Positions 41,917-49,289 of a stretch of DNA of 64,000 bases are shown piece by piece. A model generated the notes under the pieces. It saw only the letters and a list, made by a program, of their open reading frames with translations. It was not told the origin of the DNA and made no database searches. Every line of letters begins with the position of its first letter. The first letter of the stretch is position 1. Made by a program: the position numbers and the translations under genes. This DNA comes from a virus (taxonomy: Duplodnaviria; Caudoviricetes): positions 2,131-66,130 of the IMG/VR virus record IMGVR_UViG_3300044630_000280; one strand, 5' to 3'.

Positions 41917-42657
41917 TTAGAAGAACATTTCACGGGGGACTAAACGATCCGCAGCTTTCTCACGATCTTCAGTAGCCGCCCATTCCCAAGCTTCATCATA
42001 CGCAGCTTTTAAACCTAGTACGCGATTTGGATCAACTTCAGGCTTCTTCATTGCAATCATGTAGGCTAAACCAGCAACCAAACAGCTTAGGAAACGGAAA
42101 GGAATGTCGATTACATTAGTACCATTACCTGCATCATAAATCCTTTTCATTCTCCAATAATAGAAAACGTAAAAGGGTTGTTCAGCAGTGCCTTGATCTG
42201 GAGCAGGCCACACGTTTATTTGGGGGTTTTTCGCTGTCGCCTCGTTGGAGCCAACCTTTTGCCCTGACTGTCTATTAATCCAGACTTGAATGGGTCTTCC
42301 CTGTGCTTCTTTGTTGGGGATGGTTGAGTACGTGGATACACTGATCCGAGTAATGTTGAGGTCTGTCTGGTTAGGACCTTGTCCGGAAAAAGTCCGAATA
42401 ACATGCTCCACCAAATCAACGGTGTCAATAGGTAGATCATATGCAGTCTGACCTTGTACTAAATTAATAGAACCTTCTTCAATCGTCCAGAGATTGATAC
42501 CACGATTAGCCCACTCAGCCGTCAAGAAGTTCATACTACGACGAGCAGTTCTGAAATCGTAACCCGTGCGTAACTCTAAGCCACAACGCTCAAAAGCCTC
42601 TTCAAATAGTTCGTTGAGGTCAGGATTAAAGCTAGTTGTAGCTGTGGTGTATGCCAT
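41917..42657 (-). CDS. Head-tail connector/adaptor-like protein
   Basis: EEAFERCG...ARRSMN....EWANRGINLWT...VWPAPD...CLVAGLAY; position inferred. Confidence 0.65.
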   Translation of the reverse strand: MAYTTATTSFNPDLNELFEEAFERCGLELRTGYDFRTARRSMNFLTAEWANRGINLWTIEEGSINLVQGQTAYDLPIDTVDLVEHVIRTFSGQGPNQTDLNITRISVSTYSTIPNKEAQGRPIQVWINRQSGQKVGSNEATAKNPQINVWPAPDQGTAEQPFYVFYYWRMKRIYDAGNGTNVIDIPFRFLSCLVAGLAYMIAMKKPEVDPNRVLGLKAAYDEAWEWAATEDREKAADRLVPREMFF

Positions 42658-42869
42658 TACATTCTTTCTAAGACTTCATATCCACGTAGCATTGTACGGA
42701 GTCTTTCAATTTCTTTGTCGCGCTCTTCCAACTTTTTGACTAAATTAGCGCTAAGGTCATATGCATCAACCAAAACTTTCATACGCTCGTTATGGTCATC
42801 CATCATCATTTGGTATAAACGCTCAGATGCTTCTATTTGCTTCTGGTAAAAGTCACTCATTGTGGTCAT
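42657..42869 (-). CDS. Hypothetical coiled-coil protein
   Basis: TAATG coupling on both sides. Confidence 0.65.
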   Translation of the reverse strand: MTTMSDFYQKQIEASERLYQMMMDDHNERMKVLVDAYDLSANLVKKLEERDKEIERLRTMLRGYEVLERM

Positions 42870-43102
42870 TATCTATACCCTGCAGTTTTTTTGGCTATGC
42901 CCTTAGGCTGCTTGACAAATTGTTTACCAGCAGCTTTACCTTGTCGCTTTGCCTTCGTTGTGGCTGCGTACTCGGCAGGGCTTAGTGCTTTTATCGCCTT
43001 TTCTGGGAGGTATCGCTCTCCTGTCTTTGACGATGGTTTTCCACTTTTGGTTCGCCACTTCTGGTCTCCCCAATCTTTAAGTGACTGTTGCGGGGCTTTC
43101 AT
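42869..43102 (-). CDS. Small basic protein (DUF5872-like C-terminal half)
   Basis: QSLKDWGDQKWRTKSGK...RYLPEKA; ATG 43102. Confidence 0.65.
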   Translation of the reverse strand: MKAPQQSLKDWGDQKWRTKSGKPSSKTGERYLPEKAIKALSPAEYAATTKAKRQGKAAGKQFVKQPKGIAKKTAGYR

Positions 43103-43103
43103 G

Positions 43104-43379
43104 CTAGTCCCTGTATCCACCACCTGCTGCTTTGTATTTCTTAGCAACAAGCTGTGCTTTACGTGCTGACCATTGCCCTGCACCTGTACCGTGGGTTGCT
43201 GCAGATTTTACTTGAGATACTATTTTCTTACGAAGTTCTGGCTTTGTATAATTGCCAGCAGCATTAACCTTCCCACCTTCTTTATACTGAGTAAAGTCAG
43301 TATCATCCCTACGGGCTTTTTTAACACCCTTAGGCATCTTAGATGGAGCGATGTCGCCCATACCTCGTGAAGCTTTCAT
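43104..43379 (-). CDS. Small basic protein (DUF5872-like N-terminal half)
   Basis: NYTKPELRKKI...GQWSARKAQLVAKKYKAAGGGY. Confidence 0.7.
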   Translation of the reverse strand: MKASRGMGDIAPSKMPKGVKKARRDDTDFTQYKEGGKVNAAGNYTKPELRKKIVSQVKSAATHGTGAGQWSARKAQLVAKKYKAAGGGYRD

Positions 43380-43525
43380 TACTTCTTACCGGTCATCTTA
43401 TTGCCGGGCATAACGATCTGCTTGCCCTTTGTTTTACCTTTGATAGCAACACCATCACGGCTAGGAGCTGCAGTTTTTACTTTGCCCATTGGGGTTGCAC
43501 CGGGTGCGTTTTTTACTTTTGCCAT
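43379..43525 (-). CDS. 48-aa basic protein missing from the ORF track
   Basis: RBS AAGGAG; MAKVKNAPGATPMGKVKTAAPSRDGVAIKGKTKGKQIVMPGNKMTGKK; TAATG coupling. Confidence 0.7.
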   Translation of the reverse strand: MAKVKNAPGATPMGKVKTAAPSRDGVAIKGKTKGKQIVMPGNKMTGKK

Positions 43526-43540
43526 GTTAATACTCCTTAA

Positions 43541-43972
43541 TTAAGCTCTTGTTTTACCACGAATTGCAATACCGTCTGCACGAGATGAAGCTGATTTTAC
43601 AGAACCACCTTTTTTGTACCCATCAAAACCATCTTTTGGCCCTATATCTTTATTTGCTTCGTCCGCAAATTGTTTTCCACTGATACCACGTTGCTTCATT
43701 TCACGATCTCTAGAACTCTTTAAAGCATCACTATACTTTCTTTGTTCTTCACGGGGTACAGGTTTAGCTGGCGATTCATCATTCTTCATACCTAAACCTT
43801 TTTTGACGAAGTCAACAGCCTTGCCGATTGCTTCACCTGTGGCTTTACGAGCAGCTTGGTTATCTTCTATTTCTTGTTTTTCGTAACGCTTACGACCTTC
43901 TTCTTGCGCTTTATCAGCAGCTGCGTTCTTTTGCTCTAGCTTGCTGCTTTCAGACTGTTTATCCTTAGCCAT
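43541..43972 (-). CDS. Charged hypothetical protein
   Basis: Ends YKKGGSVKSASSRADGIAIRGKTRA. Confidence 0.7.
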   Translation of the reverse strand: MAKDKQSESSKLEQKNAAADKAQEEGRKRYEKQEIEDNQAARKATGEAIGKAVDFVKKGLGMKNDESPAKPVPREEQRKYSDALKSSRDREMKQRGISGKQFADEANKDIGPKDGFDGYKKGGSVKSASSRADGIAIRGKTRA

Positions 43973-44163
43973 TATTTTTTCCCTTTAATTACATTTACCC
44001 AGCCTTGAACAGTTTTGGTTTCCCAAATACGAATAGCTGTCCAAATTATAGTAAACAATGCAGCAATGGCTGGTAGCGCTTCCATTAGTGTCCCTAGTAC
44101 TGTAATGACTGACAACGCATCAACTGCATGTTTAGTCGCTTCGTGATGATCTAACATTTCCAA
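43972..44163 (-). CDS. Small membrane protein (holin-like)
   Basis: Hydrophobic segment LPAIAALFTIIWTAIRIWET. Confidence 0.6.
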   Translation of the reverse strand: MEMLDHHEATKHAVDALSVITVLGTLMEALPAIAALFTIIWTAIRIWETKTVQGWVNVIKGKK

Positions 44164-44396
44164 GCCCTCAAAGATTTATTAATTCTGCTATTCGGGTCAT
44201 TTGCTGTTTTCGCAGACGTAAGTTTCTTTTTCATGCCTGACATACGGGCGCAGAACGAATCTCTCCGACTTCCGCCTTCCGGCTGGGGAGCTTTTAAATT
44301 CATTCCTTGCTTTTTCGCAGAGGCTCTCCCCTTGGCGTTCAGTCCGCCGTTGGGATTCTTGCCCTCTTTGCGCTGCCATGCAGGAGACTTAGCCAT
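44151..44396 (-). CDS. Small basic protein (DUF6321-like)
   Basis: SPAWQRKEGKNP.GGLNAKGRAS...SFCARM...SRINKSLRAWKC. Confidence 0.7.
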   Translation of the reverse strand: MAKSPAWQRKEGKNPNGGLNAKGRASAKKQGMNLKAPQPEGGSRRDSFCARMSGMKKKLTSAKTANDPNSRINKSLRAWKC

Positions 44397-44670
44397 AGAA
44401 CACCGTTACTTTAGCTGCTGTTGGTAACGTCACATGTACACTTGTGTCAAACAAAATACCTTCACCGGGAATTAAGTTTGCAAATGGATTGTTTGTATTA
44501 GCTGGGATATTAAATTGTAGGCGTATAGTGCCAGTAGCACCGCCATCACGAAAAATAATATCGCCCGCTGTACCTCCAGAAAGACATTGGTAGCCCTTAA
44601 CTCGTGTACGTCCGGTCACCATAGTGCCGGTTGCTTCGACGTGCGAAGCTTTAACGTCTGTTTGCATCAT
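44389..44670 (-). CDS. Small structural protein
   Basis: IPGEGILF...VTVFYG. Confidence 0.65.
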   Translation of the reverse strand: MMQTDVKASHVEATGTMVTGRTRVKGYQCLSGGTAGDIIFRDGGATGTIRLQFNIPANTNNPFANLIPGEGILFDTSVHVTLPTAAKVTVFYG

Positions 44671-44685
44671 AATGATGCCCCCCTA

Positions 44686-44913
44686 TTAGGCTGGTGTTAT
44701 TGTAGTAGCGTCGGAACCTCTCCAAGGAGATGCTGGAAGTACGCCTGTGCAAGTATAAATAACGCCGGTAGCCAGATCGACTACAGATTTGCCTACAGTT
44801 TTGTTTTGGGTGTTGATTACGTTACCAATAGCGCCTAATGCCGCTGCGGTTGTAGCTGGGAAGACGAATCCGTTTTGAGATACTACTGGACCCGAGAAGG
44901 TAGTTTGTGCCAT
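44686..44913 (-). CDS. Small structural (head fibre-like) protein
   Basis: MAQTTFSGPVVSQNGF; SD AAGGA before ATG 44913. Confidence 0.65.
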   Translation of the reverse strand: MAQTTFSGPVVSQNGFVFPATTAAALGAIGNVINTQNKTVGKSVVDLATGVIYTCTGVLPASPWRGSDATTITPA

Positions 44914-44921
44914 GTCAATTG

Positions 44922-44998
44922 TCCTTACATGCAAGTTAGGCGTATCTGTCTGCATGTCGTCAGCCGGGACTGTCAGATACACCGGGAACCCCGGGATG
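44922..44998 (-). ncRNA. Structured 5' leader with pseudoknot abutting the SD
   Basis: P1 GGTGTATCTG/CAGATACGCC; inner hairpin CAGT/GCTG; loop ACATGCAG pairs with TTGCATGT directly before AAGGA. Confidence 0.6.
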
Positions 44999-45003
44999 CC
45001 GTA

Positions 45004-45031
45004 GTTATACCATACTTAATAAAAAAAGCAA
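45004..45031 (-). promoter_or_regulatory. Sigma70-like promoter restarting the late operon
   Basis: TTGCTT-16 bp-TATAAC with extended TG. Confidence 0.55.
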
Positions 45032-45044
45032 GTACAATATCAAA

Positions 45045-45407
45045 ATGCCACATAAAGATATCAGCGCACGTCGGGCGACAAACCGACGACACTATGAGAG
45101 AAACAAAGCTGCTGTTATAAAAAGAAACGCTGAATTTAAGCTAGCCGCAAGGGCTAAATGGGCTGAATTTAAGGCTACACTATCCTGCACAAAATGCGGT
45201 GAAAACCACCCTGCCACCCTAGACTTCCACCACGTGGTACGTTCGCCAGACAACGTTAAAGTATATAAATTAACAGCAGATGGGGCGTATAAGAAAGCCC
45301 TAAAAGAAATAGAAAAGTGCGTAGTTCTGTGCGCAAACTGCCATAGAAAGCACCATTATGAAGAAGCTCAAGAAAAGAAAAAGGGAGCCGAAGCCCCCCA
45401 AGATTAA
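45045..45407 (+). CDS. HNH endonuclease, inverted relative to the late operon
   Basis: CTKCG...LDFHH...C..LCANCHRKHH. Confidence 0.85.
   Translation: MPHKDISARRATNRRHYERNKAAVIKRNAEFKLAARAKWAEFKATLSCTKCGENHPATLDFHHVVRSPDNVKVYKLTADGAYKKALKEIEKCVVLCANCHRKHHYEEAQEKKKGAEAPQD
45378..45398 (-). terminator. Rho-independent terminator after the acidic ORF
   Basis: Minus strand GGGGGC-TTCG-GCTCCC-TTTTT. Confidence 0.75.
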
Positions 45408-45604
45408 TGCAAGTCTTCGTCTTCGTCTTCGTAATCTTCTAACTCAACCCAATCATCTTCATCTTCGTCGAAATAGTACCAAATTGCATCTTCTTCGTCG
45501 AACCACCAAGCTACACCATCTTCATCGTACTCAACATCTTCATCTTCGTACACGTACTCTTCTTCAAACACTAACTCATCATCAATATAAATTGCGATAT
45601 TCAT
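45404..45604 (-). CDS. Hyper-acidic 66-aa protein (possible DNA mimic)
   Basis: 33/66 residues D/E, no K/R, many W/Y/F; GGAG RBS; TATAAT upstream. Confidence 0.7.
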   Translation of the reverse strand: MNIAIYIDDELVFEEEYVYEDEDVEYDEDGVAWWFDEEDAIWYYFDEDEDDWVELEDYEDEDEDLH

Positions 45605-45672
45605 AACATTTCTCCGCCAAGAAAGACAGCCACATAGCTGCATCGCTATTATAACCCGGGAATGTTACAAAT

Positions 45673-45695
45673 AAAAAAGGGGGCCGAAGCCCCCT
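45673..45695 (-). terminator. Rho-independent terminator after major capsid gene
   Basis: Minus strand AGGGGGC-TTCG-GCCCCCT then T-tract. Confidence 0.85.
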
Positions 45696-45714
45696 CTTAG
45701 TTGCCAAAACGCTA

Positions 45715-46629
45715 TTAAGCGCCTGGGGAACCAAACATACCAAGCGGATCGGACCAACCGAAAGAATAACGCTCACGTGACTTGTAGCGAACGTTACCGG
45801 TGTCAAAGTCACCGTCCATCGAGTTAGCCAATGGGCTACGTACAAAGTGCTTCATACCGTTAGGTACGTCGGTTGTTAAGAACCAAGCATTTGTATCGGT
45901 CAAGAAGTGGTTAATCGCGTAGCCTTCTGGGATTGAACCATTGTTCTTGATTGCGTTGATGTCGTTGTCAGCTGTACCAACACGGAGTTCGGTTTCTAAC
46001 AAACGAGTTGCAACGAATTGCAGTGATGGTGGAACGATCAGTTTCTTTGGCTTAGCAGCGATCAACAGACCACGTTCATCAGTCCAAGCAGCGATCTGAA
46101 TAACAGCGTTTTCCAACGAAGTTTCGTTCAAGTCTGCAGCGGTTGATGGTGTATTGCTGTTGAAGCCACCGGAAATCAAAGGATGCTGAGTAGAGAACAG
46201 AGGCACGCCGTCACCGCCGTAGTAAGCAGATGAGTTTGTGAAGCCATAGTTCAATGTGTTAGCAGCTTTAACTTGCTTGGTGTAAGCCATAGCACGAGCC
46301 AAAGATTTGGTGTAACGAGCGGACAACGAATCATACAAGTTGTCTTCGATAGCTTCTTCAGTCAAGCTGAAGCCCAAAGCGATTGTTTCGTGTGTATAGC
46401 GAGCAGTCCATGCTTCTTGTGCATTGTCATAAGCGATGGCGGAACCTTCGTTTTTAACAGGTGCAGCTGAGAAACCAGACAGCTTTGTTTCTTCTTCAAA
46501 TGAACGCTCGGAGGTCTCTGTTTCGTAGATCTCTTTGTGTTCTTCGCCGTAGCGAGCATATTCCAAACCAAACAGAGCATTTAAGCCCGGTAAGAGTTCT
46601 TTAAGTAGTTGGGCGCGTGAAATTGCCAT
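45715..46629 (-). CDS. Major capsid protein
   Basis: MAISRAQLLKELLPGLNALFG, DGVPLFSTQHP, PKKLIVPPSL, ERYSFGWSDP; strong RBS and terminator. Confidence 0.9.
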   Translation of the reverse strand: MAISRAQLLKELLPGLNALFGLEYARYGEEHKEIYETETSERSFEEETKLSGFSAAPVKNEGSAIAYDNAQEAWTARYTHETIALGFSLTEEAIEDNLYDSLSARYTKSLARAMAYTKQVKAANTLNYGFTNSSAYYGGDGVPLFSTQHPLISGGFNSNTPSTAADLNETSLENAVIQIAAWTDERGLLIAAKPKKLIVPPSLQFVATRLLETELRVGTADNDINAIKNNGSIPEGYAINHFLTDTNAWFLTTDVPNGMKHFVRSPLANSMDGDFDTGNVRYKSRERYSFGWSDPLGMFGSPGA

Positions 46630-46641
46630 GATTTAATCTCC

Positions 46642-47229
46642 TTATACACCAGTGGTGTTGTTGTACTGATGTGTATTGAGCTTAACCAGCAGTTCTACAT
46701 AGTTGCCAGAAGCCAACTGAGTTGCAGGTACTACATCAATAACACGAACAGGCAATGTGTTGGTTGTGTCTGACGAAGCTACGTCAACACCTGATCTTGA
46801 ATCACCAGTAATGGCGTTACCAGAGTTGATGATTAGAGCCATGTTAGAACCAACAACAGCACGAGTAACACCAACAGTTGATACGGTTGTGCCAGAGCTT
46901 AAAACAGCTACTTTGAACAGAGCCATAGGATCGTCAACAACATAAACGATACCGTTGGTTGCAGAAGCTGGTAAGTACTGAGCTTGTACCGTTTGACCCA
47001 ACGAGTTAGTATACTGACAGCCAACAGACACACCGCAAGGTGTACCAGCGGTACCATCAGACATTTTATCTACGCCACCAGCGGTGGTAAGATTTACCGC
47101 ATCACCAAACGCAATCGCGGCATTACCGGAAATAGCTGGGATTTGGCGAACTGCGCCTGCATATGGCATACCATCAATACGATTGATAGCAATTAGACCA
47201 TATGGAGCGCTTACAGTAGGATAAGCCAT
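46642..47229 (-). CDS. Capsid decoration/cement-like protein
   Basis: Directly upstream of the capsid gene; VVDDP.ALF motif; function inferred from position. Confidence 0.6.
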   Translation of the reverse strand: MAYPTVSAPYGLIAINRIDGMPYAGAVRQIPAISGNAAIAFGDAVNLTTAGGVDKMSDGTAGTPCGVSVGCQYTNSLGQTVQAQYLPASATNGIVYVVDDPMALFKVAVLSSGTTVSTVGVTRAVVGSNMALIINSGNAITGDSRSGVDVASSDTTNTLPVRVIDVVPATQLASGNYVELLVKLNTHQYNNTTGV

Positions 47230-47253
47230 ATTTAACTCCAAAAATAAAAAAGT

Positions 47254-47703
47254 TTATTTACCTTTACCGAACGACGTTGAGGATTTTCTCTCCGAAAAGA
47301 GTGGCATCCGTGGGTCATTCTCTCGCATCAAGCTATTGTCAACTGCTGCAGTTTGCGCATTGGTTTGTTGGTTGTAGTATTCACTACGTTGATCCACAAA
47401 TTCCGATGGTGTTTTGCATAACAATAACCCGCCAACTTCGATATTGCCTTTAAAGCGACTATCTGGGTCGACTAGCAGTTGGAACTTCGGTTGCTCTTCC
47501 ATCTTTACAGGCTCCCAACCCTCACGTAATTTCGCAGAAATGTTACGAGGGTCAGCGTTGTTAAGTGTCGAGACACGAATCCATCTATACGAGAAGCCCG
47601 GCTGCTTATCTGGTTCAGGTAGCAATTCTGCAGGTGCCCACTGCTTAGGACGCACTTGCACTTCACGGGTTTCTAGTTCACGAGTAAGTCTGGTATTAGC
47701 CAT
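47254..47703 (-). CDS. Head-assembly region protein
   Basis: YRWIRVS...KLREGWEPV...VGGLLLCK. Confidence 0.7.
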   Translation of the reverse strand: MANTRLTRELETREVQVRPKQWAPAELLPEPDKQPGFSYRWIRVSTLNNADPRNISAKLREGWEPVKMEEQPKFQLLVDPDSRFKGNIEVGGLLLCKTPSEFVDQRSEYYNQQTNAQTAAVDNSLMRENDPRMPLFSERKSSTSFGKGK

Positions 47704-48686
47704 TATTGTTTCTCCAATTTAAGAAATTCTTTAACGTATTGCTCCGGGGTAATTCTCAGCTTCTTTATCAGTGCAGTTTGCGCTGTAGTGAGCCTTACCT
47801 GTTTAGGTGCAGTACTACGTTTGGCTGATGCCACGACTGTCGTCGCTTTGCGCTGGGGTTTGGAGTCAGCTGAAATTTCATCTTCATCAGTCGCGTCGTT
47901 TGGAAACGCTTCTGGAAACCGTTTACGTATGGTGCTATCTATACGCCGGTAGTAATCATCTGTGCCCACATATTCGGGACCATATTGATTCGCAAGCTTT
48001 TCGTGAAGGCCGAGCGCCGCTTGAGTCATCTCTGGGTCTTTTTGAAACCAAGAGCTATTGCGCTCATTCCAATCAACAAATTTGGGATCAGGGGCCGATT
48101 TTCGGGTCGGTTCTGAATATGTCGGTAGTTGTACATCATTTTTTACATCTTGTAAAGTAGGTTTAAAGTCTTTAGCCTGTTCCGCCTTAAGGCTAGCCCT
48201 AGTTAGCTTCTGCTGAGCTTCCGCCATTAGGTCAGGATCACCAGACTCATACGCCTCTTTAAACTGCTTTTTTGCCATCTCAAGGTCTACGTCGGCAGCG
48301 TATTGCATGGTCGAGATGTACTCTTTCTCGCCGGTTGCCATTGTAGATTTGAGCTTTTTGTTCTCTTCAATCACCTGCTGGGCTAGACGAATAGCCTCTT
48401 CCTGCTCTCGTTGCGCCTTCTCTTTCTCACGACGTTCATCGTGATAGACCTTCTTCATCTGGAGAATGCGTTCTTTTGCTTTCGCAGAATATTCCTCTAA
48501 CTCGTCCTCTTCAATCTGTTGGACGATCTCTTTGGGCATGGGTTTATGCCCGCGATCCTCAGGTGGGGTATCATCCTCGATAGTGATCTGGAATTCTTCC
48601 GACTCATCTTGCTGCAGTGCAGCATTTGTAGCCTCATCCTTATCTACTTCATCGGGGAACTTAAATTCATGTTTTTCGAATGCCAT
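47703..48686 (-). CDS. Scaffolding protein (putative)
   Basis: Acidic coiled-coil between portal and capsid; C-terminal VRLT..Q...KKLRITPEQY. Confidence 0.65.
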   Translation of the reverse strand: MAFEKHEFKFPDEVDKDEATNAALQQDESEEFQITIEDDTPPEDRGHKPMPKEIVQQIEEDELEEYSAKAKERILQMKKVYHDERREKEKAQREQEEAIRLAQQVIEENKKLKSTMATGEKEYISTMQYAADVDLEMAKKQFKEAYESGDPDLMAEAQQKLTRASLKAEQAKDFKPTLQDVKNDVQLPTYSEPTRKSAPDPKFVDWNERNSSWFQKDPEMTQAALGLHEKLANQYGPEYVGTDDYYRRIDSTIRKRFPEAFPNDATDEDEISADSKPQRKATTVVASAKRSTAPKQVRLTTAQTALIKKLRITPEQYVKEFLKLEKQ

Positions 48687-48694
48687 GTTGTCTC

Positions 48695-49105
48695 CTATGC
48701 TCTAGAAATACCACGTGGGTCTTGGACCACAGCTTCAACCGTATCGTCATTAATGATGCGGAACTCTCTGCCGTGAATCTTCAAGCGTGTGCCTGAATTA
48801 GGACGTGCAAGCACAAAGTCACCCTGTTTACACCAAGGACCCGTAGGGAACTTCTCCTTGTCGGTGTAGCAATCAGGGCCTAACTTAACCACGAAGAACA
48901 CGGTACTTAATACCTCTTCGAAATGCTTGGTTGAGTCAGCTTTAATAATGCCGCTCTCGTACGTCTCTTCCTGCTCTGGTAGTGCTACTAGCATATGGTA
49001 ACCAGCTGGCTCTGGTAATTGACTTGCCTTTTCTTCTGCTGTTTGTGGCAGAACTGTTGCTGCTAAACTATCGGGGTTTGAGCCGATTAGGATTTCACTC
49101 ATCAA
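48695..49105 (-). CDS. groES: GroES-like co-chaperonin
   Basis: P.GYHMLV, SGII, VVKLGPDCY, GDFVL, EFRIINDD.VEAVV. Confidence 0.85.
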   Translation of the reverse strand: MMSEILIGSNPDSLAATVLPQTAEEKASQLPEPAGYHMLVALPEQEETYESGIIKADSTKHFEEVLSTVFFVVKLGPDCYTDKEKFPTGPWCKQGDFVLARPNSGTRLKIHGREFRIINDDTVEAVVQDPRGISRA

Positions 49106-49289
49106 ATTGCTCCAAGTTTTTTGCGAGGTCTATTAGGTACATCTCCACTGCAGTGAGGCCTCGAATCTCTCCGCAAATGAATTGATACTCTTCGTAGTTT
49201 TTAGCAGCTCTACCTGCTAGAGCTTCGGCTAGTTGAGCCTGCTTCTCACGTATTTGGCGTAAGACTACTTCGATTAATTTGTTGTCCAT
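49095..49289 (-). CDS. Hypothetical protein
   Basis: YEEYQFICGEIRGL; coupled to portal. Confidence 0.7.
   Translation of the reverse strand: MDNKLIEVVLRQIREKQAQLAEALAGRAAKNYEEYQFICGEIRGLTAVEMYLIDLAKNLEQFDE

Noticed and set aside
44955-44965. CTGACGA on the minus strand as a second hammerhead core
   Set aside because: No correctly placed GAAA or stem III/UH cleavage site
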